From positions 96,001-160,000 of the forward strand of contig CAVRVY010000002.1 of the NCBI GenBank assembly GCA_963724765.1: 64,000 nucleotides of DNA, written 5' to 3'. Both the position numbers and the translations under genes were made by a program. A model generated the notes under the pieces. It did not search any database and was not told the origin of the DNA. It saw only the letters and a list, made by a program, of their open reading frames with translations. The stretch's first letter is position 1. The number at the start of each line of letters is the position of its first letter. Source of the DNA: an uncultured delta proteobacterium. GTDB taxonomy: Bacteria > Desulfobacterota > Binatia > Binatales > Binataceae. This document shows positions 26,634 to 37,184 of the stretch, in pieces.

Positions 26634-29048
26634 ATGGTGTATTCACGCCGGAGTTTGCTCGGCCTCATACCGCTGCTGGCTTGGTTGGCGTTGGCCGTCT
26701 CGTTCTCAACCGCGAGCGCCTCGCTGGGCGGCCTGAACTCGCGTCTCAACGCGCTTGAATCGCGCGTCAACGAGGCGCTTTCCGATCCGGCCACCGCAAG
26801 CTCGGTCATCTCGGAGCTCGACGCGGCTGAGGGCGAGTTCGAGGAGGCCACCAGCGGCCGCAACAGCCGCAGCGAGCTTATCGAGACCTATTTGCAGCTC
26901 GAGTCGATGCTCAACCGGATCTACCAGGCCTACCAGCACAAGAAGGACGCCTGTATCGCGCAGATCGACGCGGGCGGCAATTGCGATTACGACCAGCCCG
27001 AACAACTCGCGCTGCGCGCGCTCTATCCGTTGTCGTGGCTGCATTACCGCGGCGCGCTGCTTTATAGCAACGATCCCGCGCTGGCGCGCCGGCTGCTCAA
27101 CCAGGCGATCGACGGCTTCACTTCGAGCACGCTGGTGATTTTCTCGCCCGAGCTTATTCGCGAGAACCTGCTGGGACGGGCGCTGTGCGAGCGCGAACTG
27201 GGCAAGTACGACCACCAGGAATACAACCACGCGATCACCGACTTCAAACGCATCATGCACGACGGTCCCGAGACCCGGCAGTATCGGCCGGCCCAGCAGG
27301 GCCTGGCGGCGACCTACGCCGCGATGGGCCAGGCGGGACAGGCGGCGAAGCTCTCGGGTGAGGCGGCCGAAGGGGCCAGCGGTTCGACCCGCCAGGGACT
27401 CGAGATGATGCGGCTGCGCGAGCTGTTCGAGGCCGAGAAGGCGGCGCCCGATCCGGCCAAGCGCGCCAGTTTCCATCGCGAAGCCGTCGAATACATCAAA
27501 GCCCGCCAGGACGACAGGAACGAGTGGGCGATCGCGCTCTCGGCGATCGCGCAGTACGTGCCCGACCCGGTGGCCGAATTCGGCGACTCCACCGACCCGT
27601 TCGAGAAATGGCTCTTGGCGAGCGTCCTCTACTTCAAGCATCAGCCGCTCCCCGCGGCGAAATACTTCACTGAGGCGGCCGACACGGGCCATTATCCGAA
27701 GGCCTACAAGTACGCGGCCGACATCTACTATTCGCTGGGCCGGATCGACCTGGTCGAAAAGCTGGTCGATCAGGTCGCGAGCCAGCCGAGCAATCCCGAC
27801 GCGCAGTGGGCCTCCTACATGCGGTTCAAACTGCCGCGCCTGCAATGGGAGCGCGGCGGCAAGAGCAACGCGGCGCTCGAGCAAAAGTGGGGGACGGCGG
27901 CCGAGGACTACCTCAAGGCGTATCCGCATGGGCAGTACTCCTTCGAGCCGCGCTTTCGGATCGCCGAGCGGCTGCAGAAGCGGGGCGAGTACGCCGAGGC
28001 GATTAAGCAGTACCAGCAGGTCTCGGGCAATCCCTCCTATGACTTCACCGCAGTTTTCAACGCCGCCGAATGCAATTACCTGATGGTCGCCAAGGCCGAG
28101 AAGGAGCAGGAGGCGGCGGGCAAGAATGCCAAGCCCTCGCCCGCGCTGACCGCGATGCGCGCCGAGGCGATCAAGGGGTTGCGCGACGCGATTAACCGCG
28201 AGCCGCAGGCCGAGCGCGCCGCGCCGACGCAGCGCCGCTACTTCCACGACGCGCGCGGCCGCGCCATCTATATGCTCGCCAGCCTGCAGGAGCACGAGGG
28301 CACCGCGGTCAACAACCGTGAGATCGCCGCGCTGCTCACCGGCTACGAGAACGAATACCCCGGGATGAGCGATCACTTCACCGAGGTCTTCGAATGGCGG
28401 CTGAAGGCGCAGGCCGCCGTCGGACAATGGGACGCGATCGCGCGCGACGTCGCGGCGCTGGTCAAGCGTAATCAGGGCAATATCGCCCACTCGGACTTCA
28501 TCAAGGAGATCGGGGCGGATTTCTGGCGCGGCGCGCTGGCGGCCCAGGCCCGTGGCGATCAGAAAGCCTACATCGCTCAGGCCCAACTGACCGCGCTCGA
28601 CTACAGCTACTTCGAGGACATGGTCAAGGCGGGTAAGATTCCCGCCAAGAACCTTACCGGCACGCTGTCGATTCTCGGACAAGCCTACGCGGCGCTTGGC
28701 CAGACCGACAAAGCCGAGGCGACGTTCTCCGAAGTGGTCAAGGCCGACGCGGCCTCGCCCGACGCCAACGCAGGCCTCGCGCGGATCGCGCAGTCGCGCA
28801 AGGATTACAAGAACGCGCTCGACTTGTGGTCGCGCGTCGAGGCGACGGCGGCGCAATCGGACAACCTGTGGTATCAGGCCAAATACAACATGGCGCAAAT
28901 TCTCGCGGTCGAGGGCAATATTTCAGGCGCATGCAACAAGCTCGCCGTCACCCGCAGCGAGCATCCGAGCCTCGGCAGCCCGCAGATGAAGACGCAGTGG
29001 CTCGATCTGCAGAATAAGATTTGCCTCAAGCAGTCGGCGGCGCAGTAG
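26634..29048 (+). CDS. Large secreted TPR-like repeat protein
   Basis: Signal peptide; repeated helical A/Y/L-rich TPR-like segments; paired cysteines. Confidence 0.75.
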   Translation: MVYSRRSLLGLIPLLAWLALAVSFSTASASLGGLNSRLNALESRVNEALSDPATASSVISELDAAEGEFEEATSGRNSRSELIETYLQLESMLNRIYQAYQHKKDACIAQIDAGGNCDYDQPEQLALRALYPLSWLHYRGALLYSNDPALARRLLNQAIDGFTSSTLVIFSPELIRENLLGRALCERELGKYDHQEYNHAITDFKRIMHDGPETRQYRPAQQGLAATYAAMGQAGQAAKLSGEAAEGASGSTRQGLEMMRLRELFEAEKAAPDPAKRASFHREAVEYIKARQDDRNEWAIALSAIAQYVPDPVAEFGDSTDPFEKWLLASVLYFKHQPLPAAKYFTEAADTGHYPKAYKYAADIYYSLGRIDLVEKLVDQVASQPSNPDAQWASYMRFKLPRLQWERGGKSNAALEQKWGTAAEDYLKAYPHGQYSFEPRFRIAERLQKRGEYAEAIKQYQQVSGNPSYDFTAVFNAAECNYLMVAKAEKEQEAAGKNAKPSPALTAMRAEAIKGLRDAINREPQAERAAPTQRRYFHDARGRAIYMLASLQEHEGTAVNNREIAALLTGYENEYPGMSDHFTEVFEWRLKAQAAVGQWDAIARDVAALVKRNQGNIAHSDFIKEIGADFWRGALAAQARGDQKAYIAQAQLTALDYSYFEDMVKAGKIPAKNLTGTLSILGQAYAALGQTDKAEATFSEVVKADAASPDANAGLARIAQSRKDYKNALDLWSRVEATAAQSDNLWYQAKYNMAQILAVEGNISGACNKLAVTRSEHPSLGSPQMKTQWLDLQNKICLKQSAAQ

Positions 29049-29055
29049 GCTTAAA

Positions 29056-29490
29056 ATGCTGACGCGAATTCATCACGTGGGCGTGGTCGTGCCGAGCCTG
29101 GAAGAAGGGCTCAGGTTCTGGCGCGACACGCTGGGGATGCGGCTTACCAGGAGCGCCACGATCGAAGAGCAGGGCGTGCGCGCGGCACTACTCGAGGTGG
29201 GTGGCAGTGAAGTCGAATTGCTCGAACCGCTGAGCGCCGAGGGCGGCGTGGGCAAGTTCCTCGCGCGGCGCGGCGGCGGATTGCATCATGTGTGCTTTGA
29301 GACCGACGACGTCGCGCGCGAGCTCGCGGATGCCAAGGTCAAGGGGATCCAGTTAATCGACCAGGCTCCGCGCCACGGCCTGGCCGGGATGATCTGCTTT
29401 CTCCATCCCAAGGCGACCCGCGGTGTGCTGGTCGAGTACGCTCAGCCGTTCGACGACGAGTCCCACGGGACTAACAAACCTGACAAGTGA
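29056..29490 (+). CDS. mce: Methylmalonyl-CoA epimerase
   Basis: IHHVGVVV, ELLEPL, GGLHHVCF, FLHPKATRGVLVE. Confidence 0.9.
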   Translation: MLTRIHHVGVVVPSLEEGLRFWRDTLGMRLTRSATIEEQGVRAALLEVGGSEVELLEPLSAEGGVGKFLARRGGGLHHVCFETDDVARELADAKVKGIQLIDQAPRHGLAGMICFLHPKATRGVLVEYAQPFDDESHGTNKPDK

Positions 29491-29499
29491 TGAACAACG

Positions 29500-29736
29500 A
29501 TGCCGATTTACGAATACCACTGCGCTGATTGCGACCGTTCATTCGAGAGCTTCGTCCGCCCCGGCGAGCAGGAGACGCAATGCCCGGCCTGTCATGGCGG
29601 AAATATCGCGCGCGAGTTGTCGGTATTCGCCTCGTCGCGCGGCTCGGGCGCGGCCGGTCCGATGAACGGCGGCGGAAATGGCGACGGTGCTATGGGCGGC
29701 GGCGGATGTTGCGGCGGCGGCTGTGGCTGCCGCTGA
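29500..29736 (+). CDS. FmdB family zinc-ribbon protein
   Basis: MPIYEYHCADC...CPAC, Gly/Cys-rich tail. Confidence 0.9.
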   Translation: MPIYEYHCADCDRSFESFVRPGEQETQCPACHGGNIARELSVFASSRGSGAAGPMNGGGNGDGAMGGGGCCGGGCGCR

Positions 29737-29845
29737 ATAGCGCGCTCCGCAACGGAGCAGTGAAACACTAACAGGGGATCCTCACCCACACCCTCCAGGT
29801 TACCGTCTATAACATTCCACCCCTCTACAAAGCGGCGTGCGAGCG

Positions 29846-30772
29846 TTATCGGAACGGGGTGAAGCTGTGCATCAACGCCGCGTACAGTTCCAGCGGGATG
29901 GAGCTGCGCAGGAACGCCGCGCACAGTCCGAAGAGCGCTCCGAACAGGCTGCCGTTGACCCGGATCCATTCGAGATGCGTGCGAGTCTTGGATTCTATCT
30001 GGACCCGGATTTGCTCGTCGCTTTTCCGGCTCAGGTTTTCCACCACTAGCCGCGTGATCTCGCCGCGCGACGCTCCGACAGCTGTGTTGAGCAGTTTTTC
30101 CACCCACTCCAGGACATATTTTCGCTCGACGCTGTCCGCGGTCTGAAGCTTCATCCCCACGCGATGAATCTCGTCCTCGAGGTATTGCAGGAACTCGGGA
30201 TCGTGGCTGAAGCGGGAGACCAGCTCCGGCAGGTTTTGGGCGAAGTCCCGGATTTTTCCTTCGAAATTCACCAGCAGCCGCTCCACAATCCTGAGCAGGG
30301 GCCCGAACTCGAGCAGCCTGCGAAGCTCTTCCACGATGCGGTCCACCACTTCGGGCCGCTTGAGCCATTGCGCGAGGCGCAGCGCCTGGTCTTCAACAAA
30401 TGCTAGATCCGCGTCGCGCAGCGAAACGTGTTCGAGCAAACGGCCGATGTTGGTGACCAAATCATACTCTTTGAGCTTGCGATGAATCATGTCGGGCGTC
30501 AGCCATTCGTTTTCAACCGCGTTTCCGATTCCCTGTATAATCCTCACGCGGTTGCGCGGCAGCACGCCGGAATTTGGCAAGTACCATTTGCGCTCGAAGA
30601 GCATCTTCAACGCGATGTAATCGCACAGGCCGCCTATGAGCGAAGCTTCGCCGGCCATGCGAATCACTTCGCCGGCGTGCGCGTTGAAATTTGCGTAGAC
30701 AATCCATCCGGCCGCGTACAGCAGAACCGAAACGATCAATGCAACATCGCCCTTACGCAAGACCAACCTCAC
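29846..30772 (-). CDS. DUF445 family membrane protein
   Basis: EASLIGGLCDYIALKMLF; LEWIRVNGSLFGALFG. Confidence 0.8.
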   Translation of the reverse strand: MRLVLRKGDVALIVSVLLYAAGWIVYANFNAHAGEVIRMAGEASLIGGLCDYIALKMLFERKWYLPNSGVLPRNRVRIIQGIGNAVENEWLTPDMIHRKLKEYDLVTNIGRLLEHVSLRDADLAFVEDQALRLAQWLKRPEVVDRIVEELRRLLEFGPLLRIVERLLVNFEGKIRDFAQNLPELVSRFSHDPEFLQYLEDEIHRVGMKLQTADSVERKYVLEWVEKLLNTAVGASRGEITRLVVENLSRKSDEQIRVQIESKTRTHLEWIRVNGSLFGALFGLCAAFLRSSIPLELYAALMHSFTPFR

Positions 30773-30827
30773 TTTGTTCTTTCTCGCAACGTCGAGGAGT
30801 TGCGGCTAGCGTGACGCCTTCTCCGGC

Positions 30828-30955
30828 CCCTCCCCCAAAACAATTGGGGGAGGGAATTAGAGCAACACCGCCCTTATGCCAGACCAACCTCAATAACAAC
30901 TTTCGCAATGCTATCCTCAATAACTACTGGCGGGGAATTAGAGCAACGTCGCCCT
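30828..30955. repeat. REP-like palindrome plus degenerate direct repeats
   Basis: CCCTCCCCCAA-aacaa-TTGGGGGAGGG; GGGAATTAGAGCAAC..CGCCCT at 30852 and 30933. Confidence 0.6.
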
Positions 30956-30977
30956 GCCGAGCGCTGCCGGCCTCATC

Positions 30978-32153
30978 TTAACTTTTCTGCGTGGCTGAGA
31001 ACTCGTGCTTGGCCGATTCCATCAGCGCCGGGTCTGCGAGCAAATCATAGGCCGTCAGCGCCATCGCCTTCGCCACCCGGATCATCGCCTCATAGGCGCG
31101 CGGCGTGTCGGCGTGCTTCTCGAAACGTTCCTCGTGGCAGTTGCCCGCGCCCGGATCGGCGATGCGGAAGATCGGATGAATCGCGGGCATGGCGTGGCTC
31201 ACGTCGCCCATGTCGGTCGAGCCGGTGGGCAGGTCGGGTGGCGCGTCGGGCGCCTGGACGCCGAGCGCTTCGCAATGGCGCGCGTAGCGATGGGCCATCG
31301 CGAGGTTGTTGTTCATGTTCTTGTAGCCGCCCAGCACTTCGTGCGTGACCTGGGTTCCGGTGGCCGCGGCGGCCGCCTCGGCGCATTGCACGACGCGGTC
31401 GGCGATCTCGTGCGTGTAGCTGGTCGTGTGAGCGCGGCACAGAAACTCGCATTCAGCCTTCTCGGGAATGATATTCACCGCCTGACCGCCGTTGGTGATG
31501 ATGCCGTGGATTCGCGAGCCGTCACGAAAATGCAGGCGCGCGGCGTCGACGCTCTGGAAGGTCTGGATCACCGCCGCCAGTGCGCTGGCGCCTGCCCAGG
31601 GCGCGACCGCCGCATGCGAGGCGCGCCCGTGGAACGTGATGCGCAGGTGGCGCGTGGCGAGCGTGGGAAAAGTGGCGTACTCGCCGTCCACCGGATGCAC
31701 CATCATCGCAACGTCGACGCCTTTGAGCGCGCCCCTTTCCAGCATGATGATCTTGCCGCCGCCGCCTTCCTCGGCCGGCGTGCCCAGGATCACGACGCGT
31801 CCGGGCAATTGCGCGCGTAAAGCGGCGAGGCCGGCGAAGGCCGAGAGCGCGGCGGTGCAGATGAGATTGTGGCCGCAGGAGTGGCCGTTGGGCAATCCGT
31901 CGTACTCGGCGAGGATGGCGACGGTCGGCCCGGATCTATCGGACTTGCCGGTCTCGGCGCGAAACGCGGTCTCCAATCCGGCCACGCCACGTTCGACTTC
32001 GACACCGATTTCGTCAAGCGCGCCGGTGAGCAGGCCGGCCGCGAAGCGTTCCTCGAACCGCAATTCAGGATGGGCATGGATCTGGCGGCCGAGACCGATC
32101 GCCTGATCCTTGAAGCGATCGATCGACCGGCAGATATCGTCATGAATAGCCAT
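30978..32153 (-). CDS. M20 family amidohydrolase
   Basis: HAHPEL, AEYD, HSCGHN, GTPAEEGGGGK, GSTDMGDVS. Confidence 0.9.
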   Translation of the reverse strand: MAIHDDICRSIDRFKDQAIGLGRQIHAHPELRFEERFAAGLLTGALDEIGVEVERGVAGLETAFRAETGKSDRSGPTVAILAEYDGLPNGHSCGHNLICTAALSAFAGLAALRAQLPGRVVILGTPAEEGGGGKIIMLERGALKGVDVAMMVHPVDGEYATFPTLATRHLRITFHGRASHAAVAPWAGASALAAVIQTFQSVDAARLHFRDGSRIHGIITNGGQAVNIIPEKAECEFLCRAHTTSYTHEIADRVVQCAEAAAAATGTQVTHEVLGGYKNMNNNLAMAHRYARHCEALGVQAPDAPPDLPTGSTDMGDVSHAMPAIHPIFRIADPGAGNCHEERFEKHADTPRAYEAMIRVAKAMALTAYDLLADPALMESAKHEFSATQKS

Positions 32154-32247
32154 CGGGGAGACTCCTTGGACTCTTGCGCGCGTGCGATTGGCGGCAACTC
32201 GCCTCACGGATGCGCCCGAGCATGCTACCAGAGCGCGCGTGCCGCGG

Positions 32248-33186
32248 TCAGCCGCGGCCATCCGGGCCGCCGAAACGTTTGGCCAATTCCGAGGTGTAGG
32301 TTCTGCCGACCAGGTCGGCATTGCTTTGAAGCCATGAGCTGAGCGCGGTGGGGCAGGTCGGCGGACCGTTGGAGACCAGCAGGCTCGCCATCAGGCCGTC
32401 GATCTCATCGCGGGTCAGTGTCACGTCGCCGAGCGCGTAACCGATAAAGCGCGAGAAGAGCAGCGCCACGCGCGGCGGGACGGGAACGAGGAACGTCGTG
32501 CGTCCGAGCGCGCGGGCAATCGTGCGCACGAAATCCCGGAAGCTATAAATCTCTGGTCCGACGGCGTCAACGATGCGGTTGTCGGCGCTGGACGCGCCGC
32601 TGACCGCGAGCGCGGCGAGGTCCGCGACGAACACGGGTTGCACGCGGTAATCGCCGCGGCCCGGGATGGCGAAGAGCGGGAAGCGGCGCACGAGCCACGC
32701 GATATTGTTGACCAGGACGTCTTCGACGCCGAAAATCAGCGTCGGCCGCAGGATCAAATACGACAGTCCCGACTGCGCGATCTCGCGCTCGACGATTCCC
32801 TTGCCGCGAAAATAGGGCAGAGGCGAATCCTCGGCAGCGCCGGTGATGCTGATATGGACGATCCTGCGGACGCCGGCCTTCCGGGCGGTGCGCAATAACG
32901 TGCGGATGTTCTCGACCGCGGTATCGAAAGTCGCGCCCCGATACGGGAAGCGAATCCAGTAGGTATTGAAGAGTGTGCTCGCGCCTTCAAGGCTTTCGGT
33001 GAGCCTATCGGGCGAGCCGAAATCCATCGGTGCGATCTCGAGCCGCTCGCCGAAGGGATTGGGTTGCGACGGATGCGCGGTCAGGGTTCTGACGCGCGCG
33101 CCACGCTCGAACAGCGCGCGGCCGATGTAGCGGCCGGTGTAGCCGAGCGCGCCGGTGACGACGTTAAGCTCGCCGGAGGTTGCCAT
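32248..33186 (-). CDS. NAD-dependent epimerase/SDR (NDUFA9-like)
   Basis: VTGALGYTG, YFRGK, LRPTLIFG, QPVFVAD. Confidence 0.88.
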   Translation of the reverse strand: MATSGELNVVTGALGYTGRYIGRALFERGARVRTLTAHPSQPNPFGERLEIAPMDFGSPDRLTESLEGASTLFNTYWIRFPYRGATFDTAVENIRTLLRTARKAGVRRIVHISITGAAEDSPLPYFRGKGIVEREIAQSGLSYLILRPTLIFGVEDVLVNNIAWLVRRFPLFAIPGRGDYRVQPVFVADLAALAVSGASSADNRIVDAVGPEIYSFRDFVRTIARALGRTTFLVPVPPRVALLFSRFIGYALGDVTLTRDEIDGLMASLLVSNGPPTCPTALSSWLQSNADLVGRTYTSELAKRFGGPDGRG

Positions 33187-33204
33187 GCGTGCGAAGCGCG
33201 CCGC

Positions 33205-35352
33205 TCAAAGCCGCGGCGATTGCTCCGGCGCCACGACCACCGCGACCGCGCATCCGGCACGGCGCAGAATCTGGTCCACCCGGCTGCCGAAGTGCAGGCG
33301 CTGCTCGGCCGAACGGAACAGCGCGCCCATCATGAGCAGGTCGAATTTGCCCTCCTTGATTGTGCGCAGGATGACGCTCTCGGCGTTGACCCCGGTTTCG
33401 ATGCGAGTCGCGATGTTCAGTTCGAGCTGTTCTGCGAGTTCGCGGATTTCGCCGATGGCCTCCTCTCCCTCGCCGCCCGCTGCCGCGCCGCCGGCGAGCG
33501 TGCGCAAGTCCAGGAGCGAGCGCTGGCGGACCTAAAGCGCGGTGGTTTCGGCGCCGGCCGCGTGCGCATAGAGCATCCCGACCGCCGCGCCCAGGCGCGC
33601 GAACGACGCTCCGCTCACCGGCACCAACAGCTTGCGCATCGGCATCGCGGCGCCGGCATTGCTGGCGATCACCACCGGCGCGCGGACCACGCCGAGCAGG
33701 CCGCGCAATACCTCGCCGCCGAGCACGGCGTGGCCGTGGACCTGCGAGGCGCCGGCAAAGATGGCGTCGTAGCCGCGTTCGCTCTCCTGCAGAATCGCCT
33801 CGATGATCGACTCGCCGCTGCCGGTGCGCTGATAGACATTGGTGGCGCCGGCGGCCGTGGCGATCTCCTTGAGACGCGCGAATTGCGCGTCGAATGCGGC
33901 GGTCGCGCCGGTGCCTCCGTTGGAATCGCCGGTTGCGGCGTGGAACACCGTGATGCTCGCGTCGGAGGATTTGCCAAGCGTGGCGGCAAGATGGGCCGCC
34001 AGTTCGGCATGCGGACCACCGCCGCTCAGCACCAGCAGCTTCGCACCCGCCGTGCGCAGCGGCAGGCGGGCCAGGATGCGGTCGCGCTCGGCGCGTTCGG
34101 CGTCGCCCGGGCGCCGGCTCACTCCGCGCAACGCCCAGTTGAGCAACGGTGGCGTGGTAACCGAGGTGACGACCGCAACCGCGACGATTACCGTGTACAT
34201 CGCGGGCGTGAGCACGCCGAGGCTGAGTCCCAGCAGGGCCAGGATGATTTCCATCCCGCCGCGCGCATTCATCCCGAAGGCCACTGCCAGGGCCTCGCGG
34301 AACTGAAGTCCTCCGAGCTTGCCGCCCAGCAGAGCGCCCGCGATCTTCGCCGTGCACGCCACCCCGAGTACGATCAGCGGGACGTAGGGGCTAGTGAGCG
34401 CCGAGAGATTGGTCTGCAAGCCCGAGTAAGCGAAGAACACCGGCGCCATCAGGCCCATCGTGACTGCCTCGATCTCCGCGCGGTCGCGCGCCCGCACGCG
34501 CGGCGCGCGGCTCAGCATCAGCCCCGCTACGAAGGCGCCGAACACCGCATGCAAGCCGATCGCCTGGGTAACGATCGCGCAGACGAACGCAACCAGGACC
34601 ATCGCGCTGAACTTTCCATGCTCGGCCGCGCCACGGTCGTCCACCCATCGCATCAGCCACGTCACCAGCCGCACGCCCACGAAATAGCAGAACACGATGA
34701 AGGCGGCGGCCTCGCCGAGCAGCAGCCCGATCGAGGCCGGCGAGAGCGCGCGGCCGCTTGCCAGCCCCGCAACCAGCGACAGCAGGAGCCATCCCGTGGT
34801 GTCGTCGATCAATCCGGCGGCCAGAATCAGCATTCCCAGCTCGCGGCGCATCAAGCCCAATTCGATCAGGATCTTCGCAATCACCGGGACTGCCGAGATT
34901 GCGATCGCCACGCCCATGAAGAGCGCGAAGATGAGCCGCTGGTCCGGCGCGGCGAGATATTGCGCGGGCAGCATCAGGCCCAGGAGCATCCCCGCGCCGA
35001 ACGGAATCACCATCCCGCACACCGATACGCAGGCGGCGGCGCGGCCCTGGCCGCGGAGGATATCGAGGTCGGTTTCGAGCCCGATGTAGAGCAGGAGCAG
35101 GATGGCGCCGGTCCAGGCGAAGGCCTCGAGCAGATGGCGCGAGATCGGGTCGCCGCCGAAGCACGCGGCGAACAGGCCCGGCGCCAGGTTGCCGAGTACC
35201 GAGGGGCCGACGATCACTCCGGCGAGCAGCTCTCCGATGACCGGGGCCTGCCCCAGACGTTTCGCCAGGTCGCCCAGCGCGCGGCTTGCGAACAGCAGCA
35301 GGGCAAGCTGGACGAGGAAGCGAAGAATCTGCGCCTCGCTCAAATGCGACAA
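33205..35352 (-). pseudogene. Cation/H+ antiporter (CPA2) with two C-terminal USP-like domains, interrupted by in-frame TAG at 33532-33534
   Basis: GELLAGVIVGPS, GLETD, FGAFVAG, MNARG; frame continues after TAG to FGSRVDQILRRAGCAVAVV (USP C-terminus). Confidence 0.75.
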
Positions 35353-35533
35353 CGGGTTGCTCCAGGGGGGAAAGCGCGCATCCGGGCGCGGCGCGCGAAT
35401 CCAACGATAGTGAACACGCTAACGGCGCGATGCAGGCGGGTCAACGCAGTAGTTCGGCGGCAATTCGATCGGGATATGAAATGCTCGCATCGTAAGCGGC
35501 GCACGTAGCGCGAATCGCGCGAGGCCGCTCCAC

Positions 35534-35574
35534 AAAAAATGCGCGGCCGCCTCCAGTCGGCGCGGCCGCGCGCG
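35534..35574 (-). terminator. Intrinsic terminator after LLM gene
   Basis: GCGCGGCCGC inverted arms with a U-tract on the minus strand (AAAAAA at 35534). Confidence 0.6.
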
Positions 35575-35595
35575 TTGAACCGGGAAGCTAGACGC

Positions 35596-36813
35596 TCACG
35601 GACGGATGCGGGTGACCGGCTGGTCGGCTATTTCGGATGGCTTCTCGCCCTTGGCCTCGCGATGTTGCTTGTAGTCGTTCATCGCGGTCAGGATTCCAGC
35701 GACCGACTTGTTGAACAGCAACTCGCGCTGCGCGGCCGCCCATCGCTGGGAGTATTCGATTTCGGCCACCGTGCCCTGGAACTGCGGCATCACGTAGCGC
35801 GCGAATAACTCGTACGAACGCAGCGTCTTCTCGCGCGACGCCCATTCGTGGGCGAGTCCGAGCAGCCCGCCAAAGCCGCCGCTGACCTCCTGGATCTCGC
35901 GGATGCGCGCGATCGCGTCGGCCGGGGTGCCGACGATCGCTCCGCCGCGCGCGACCATCCGATCGATCGTCATTTCCTCACGCGGCTGGCCCGGATACTC
36001 CTCGAACTGGATCTTCGCGCCCAGGGTGTCGATGAAATAGTCCTGGATCCACGAGTTGCCGCCCTCGCGGATGTCGTCGAGCGCCTCCTTTTTGGAATCC
36101 GCCAGGTGGATCGGCATCACCATCCGCCAGTTGGCGCGGCTAACCGTCTTGCCGTGCTCGGCGGCGGTCTCCTCCGCCACCGCCCATCGCTTGGGCAGCC
36201 CTTCCAGGCCGCCGGTGGCGAACGCCGCGACCGACAACACGCCGCATCCAAGTTCGCCCGCCGCGACCATCCCCGAGGGCGAGATCGTATTGGCGACGAA
36301 AATCGGCATGTGCGGCTGCTGGTAGGGCTTGACCTGGAGATGGGCGTCGTTGAGACGAAAGAAAGAGCCGTCGAGCGTGATGCCGCCCTCCTCGATGAAA
36401 AGCCGCATTATTGCCTTGACGCCCTCGACCATCTGGCGCCGCTGCTGGGTCGTGTCGATCCCCAGCATATGCGCGTCGGCCGCGAGCGCGCCCGGACCGC
36501 ATCCGAGCATCACGCGCCCGCGCGTCAGATGGTCGAGGAGGGCATAGCGGTTCGCGATGTTGAAGGGGTTGTGGTACGGGACGCTGACCACGCCCGAGCC
36601 GAGCATGATGCGGCGCGTGCGCCCGGCGGCGGCGGCGATGAAAATGTCCGGCGACGAGATGATTTCCCATCCCGAGGAATGATGCTCGCCGATGAAGACC
36701 TCGTCGTAGCCGGTGCTATCCAGCCATTCGATTAGTTCCAGGTCGCGCTCGAAACAGAGCGTGGGGTTTTCGCCGGCGCGATGGAATGGCGCCATGAAAA
36801 TGCCGAATTTCAT
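35596..36813 (-). CDS. LLM-class flavin-dependent monooxygenase (limonene monooxygenase-like)
   Basis: MKFGIFMAPFH, GEHHS, LDHLTRGR, SYELFARYVMP. Confidence 0.88.
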   Translation of the reverse strand: MKFGIFMAPFHRAGENPTLCFERDLELIEWLDSTGYDEVFIGEHHSSGWEIISSPDIFIAAAAGRTRRIMLGSGVVSVPYHNPFNIANRYALLDHLTRGRVMLGCGPGALAADAHMLGIDTTQQRRQMVEGVKAIMRLFIEEGGITLDGSFFRLNDAHLQVKPYQQPHMPIFVANTISPSGMVAAGELGCGVLSVAAFATGGLEGLPKRWAVAEETAAEHGKTVSRANWRMVMPIHLADSKKEALDDIREGGNSWIQDYFIDTLGAKIQFEEYPGQPREEMTIDRMVARGGAIVGTPADAIARIREIQEVSGGFGGLLGLAHEWASREKTLRSYELFARYVMPQFQGTVAEIEYSQRWAAAQRELLFNKSVAGILTAMNDYKQHREAKGEKPSEIADQPVTRIRP

Positions 36814-37184
36814 CCGGTCCTCCTATCGTTCGCCTGGCGCGCGCTGGCGCCTGGGCCGCCGGGCAGCTCCCAAAAAGGGCTTCCACGCCACCTTACGACG
36901 CTGGCTGGCGGGGGGACAATAGCCGAAACGGGAAACGCGCGAATGCGTCTAATTACTCGAGGGGATCGGCGGATCGGCGATGAGCGCGGCGGAGAAAAAC
37001 GAATAAAAGTGCCACACGAGCGTCGGATCTAAACGCGTCATATAGCGGTACCGGCTTGCTCAAAGCGGGGGCAAATAGGAAGATCAAGCTGGAACGTTGG
37101 ATCTTTCGCGGTCCGAGCTTTGCAATTTGGCCTGGAAATTACCTTGAAATTCGGGTTCGAAATTTGCAGTCGAGGATAGTCGCA

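Noticed and set aside
26706-28898. Long antisense ORFs (730 aa here; also 33064-35508, 48749-50596, 53501-55057)
   Set aside because: Shadow frames of GC-rich genes; no recognisable domains.
30852-30955. Mini CRISPR array
   Set aside because: Only two imperfect 23-bp units, a 58-bp spacer with internal repeats, and no cas genes.
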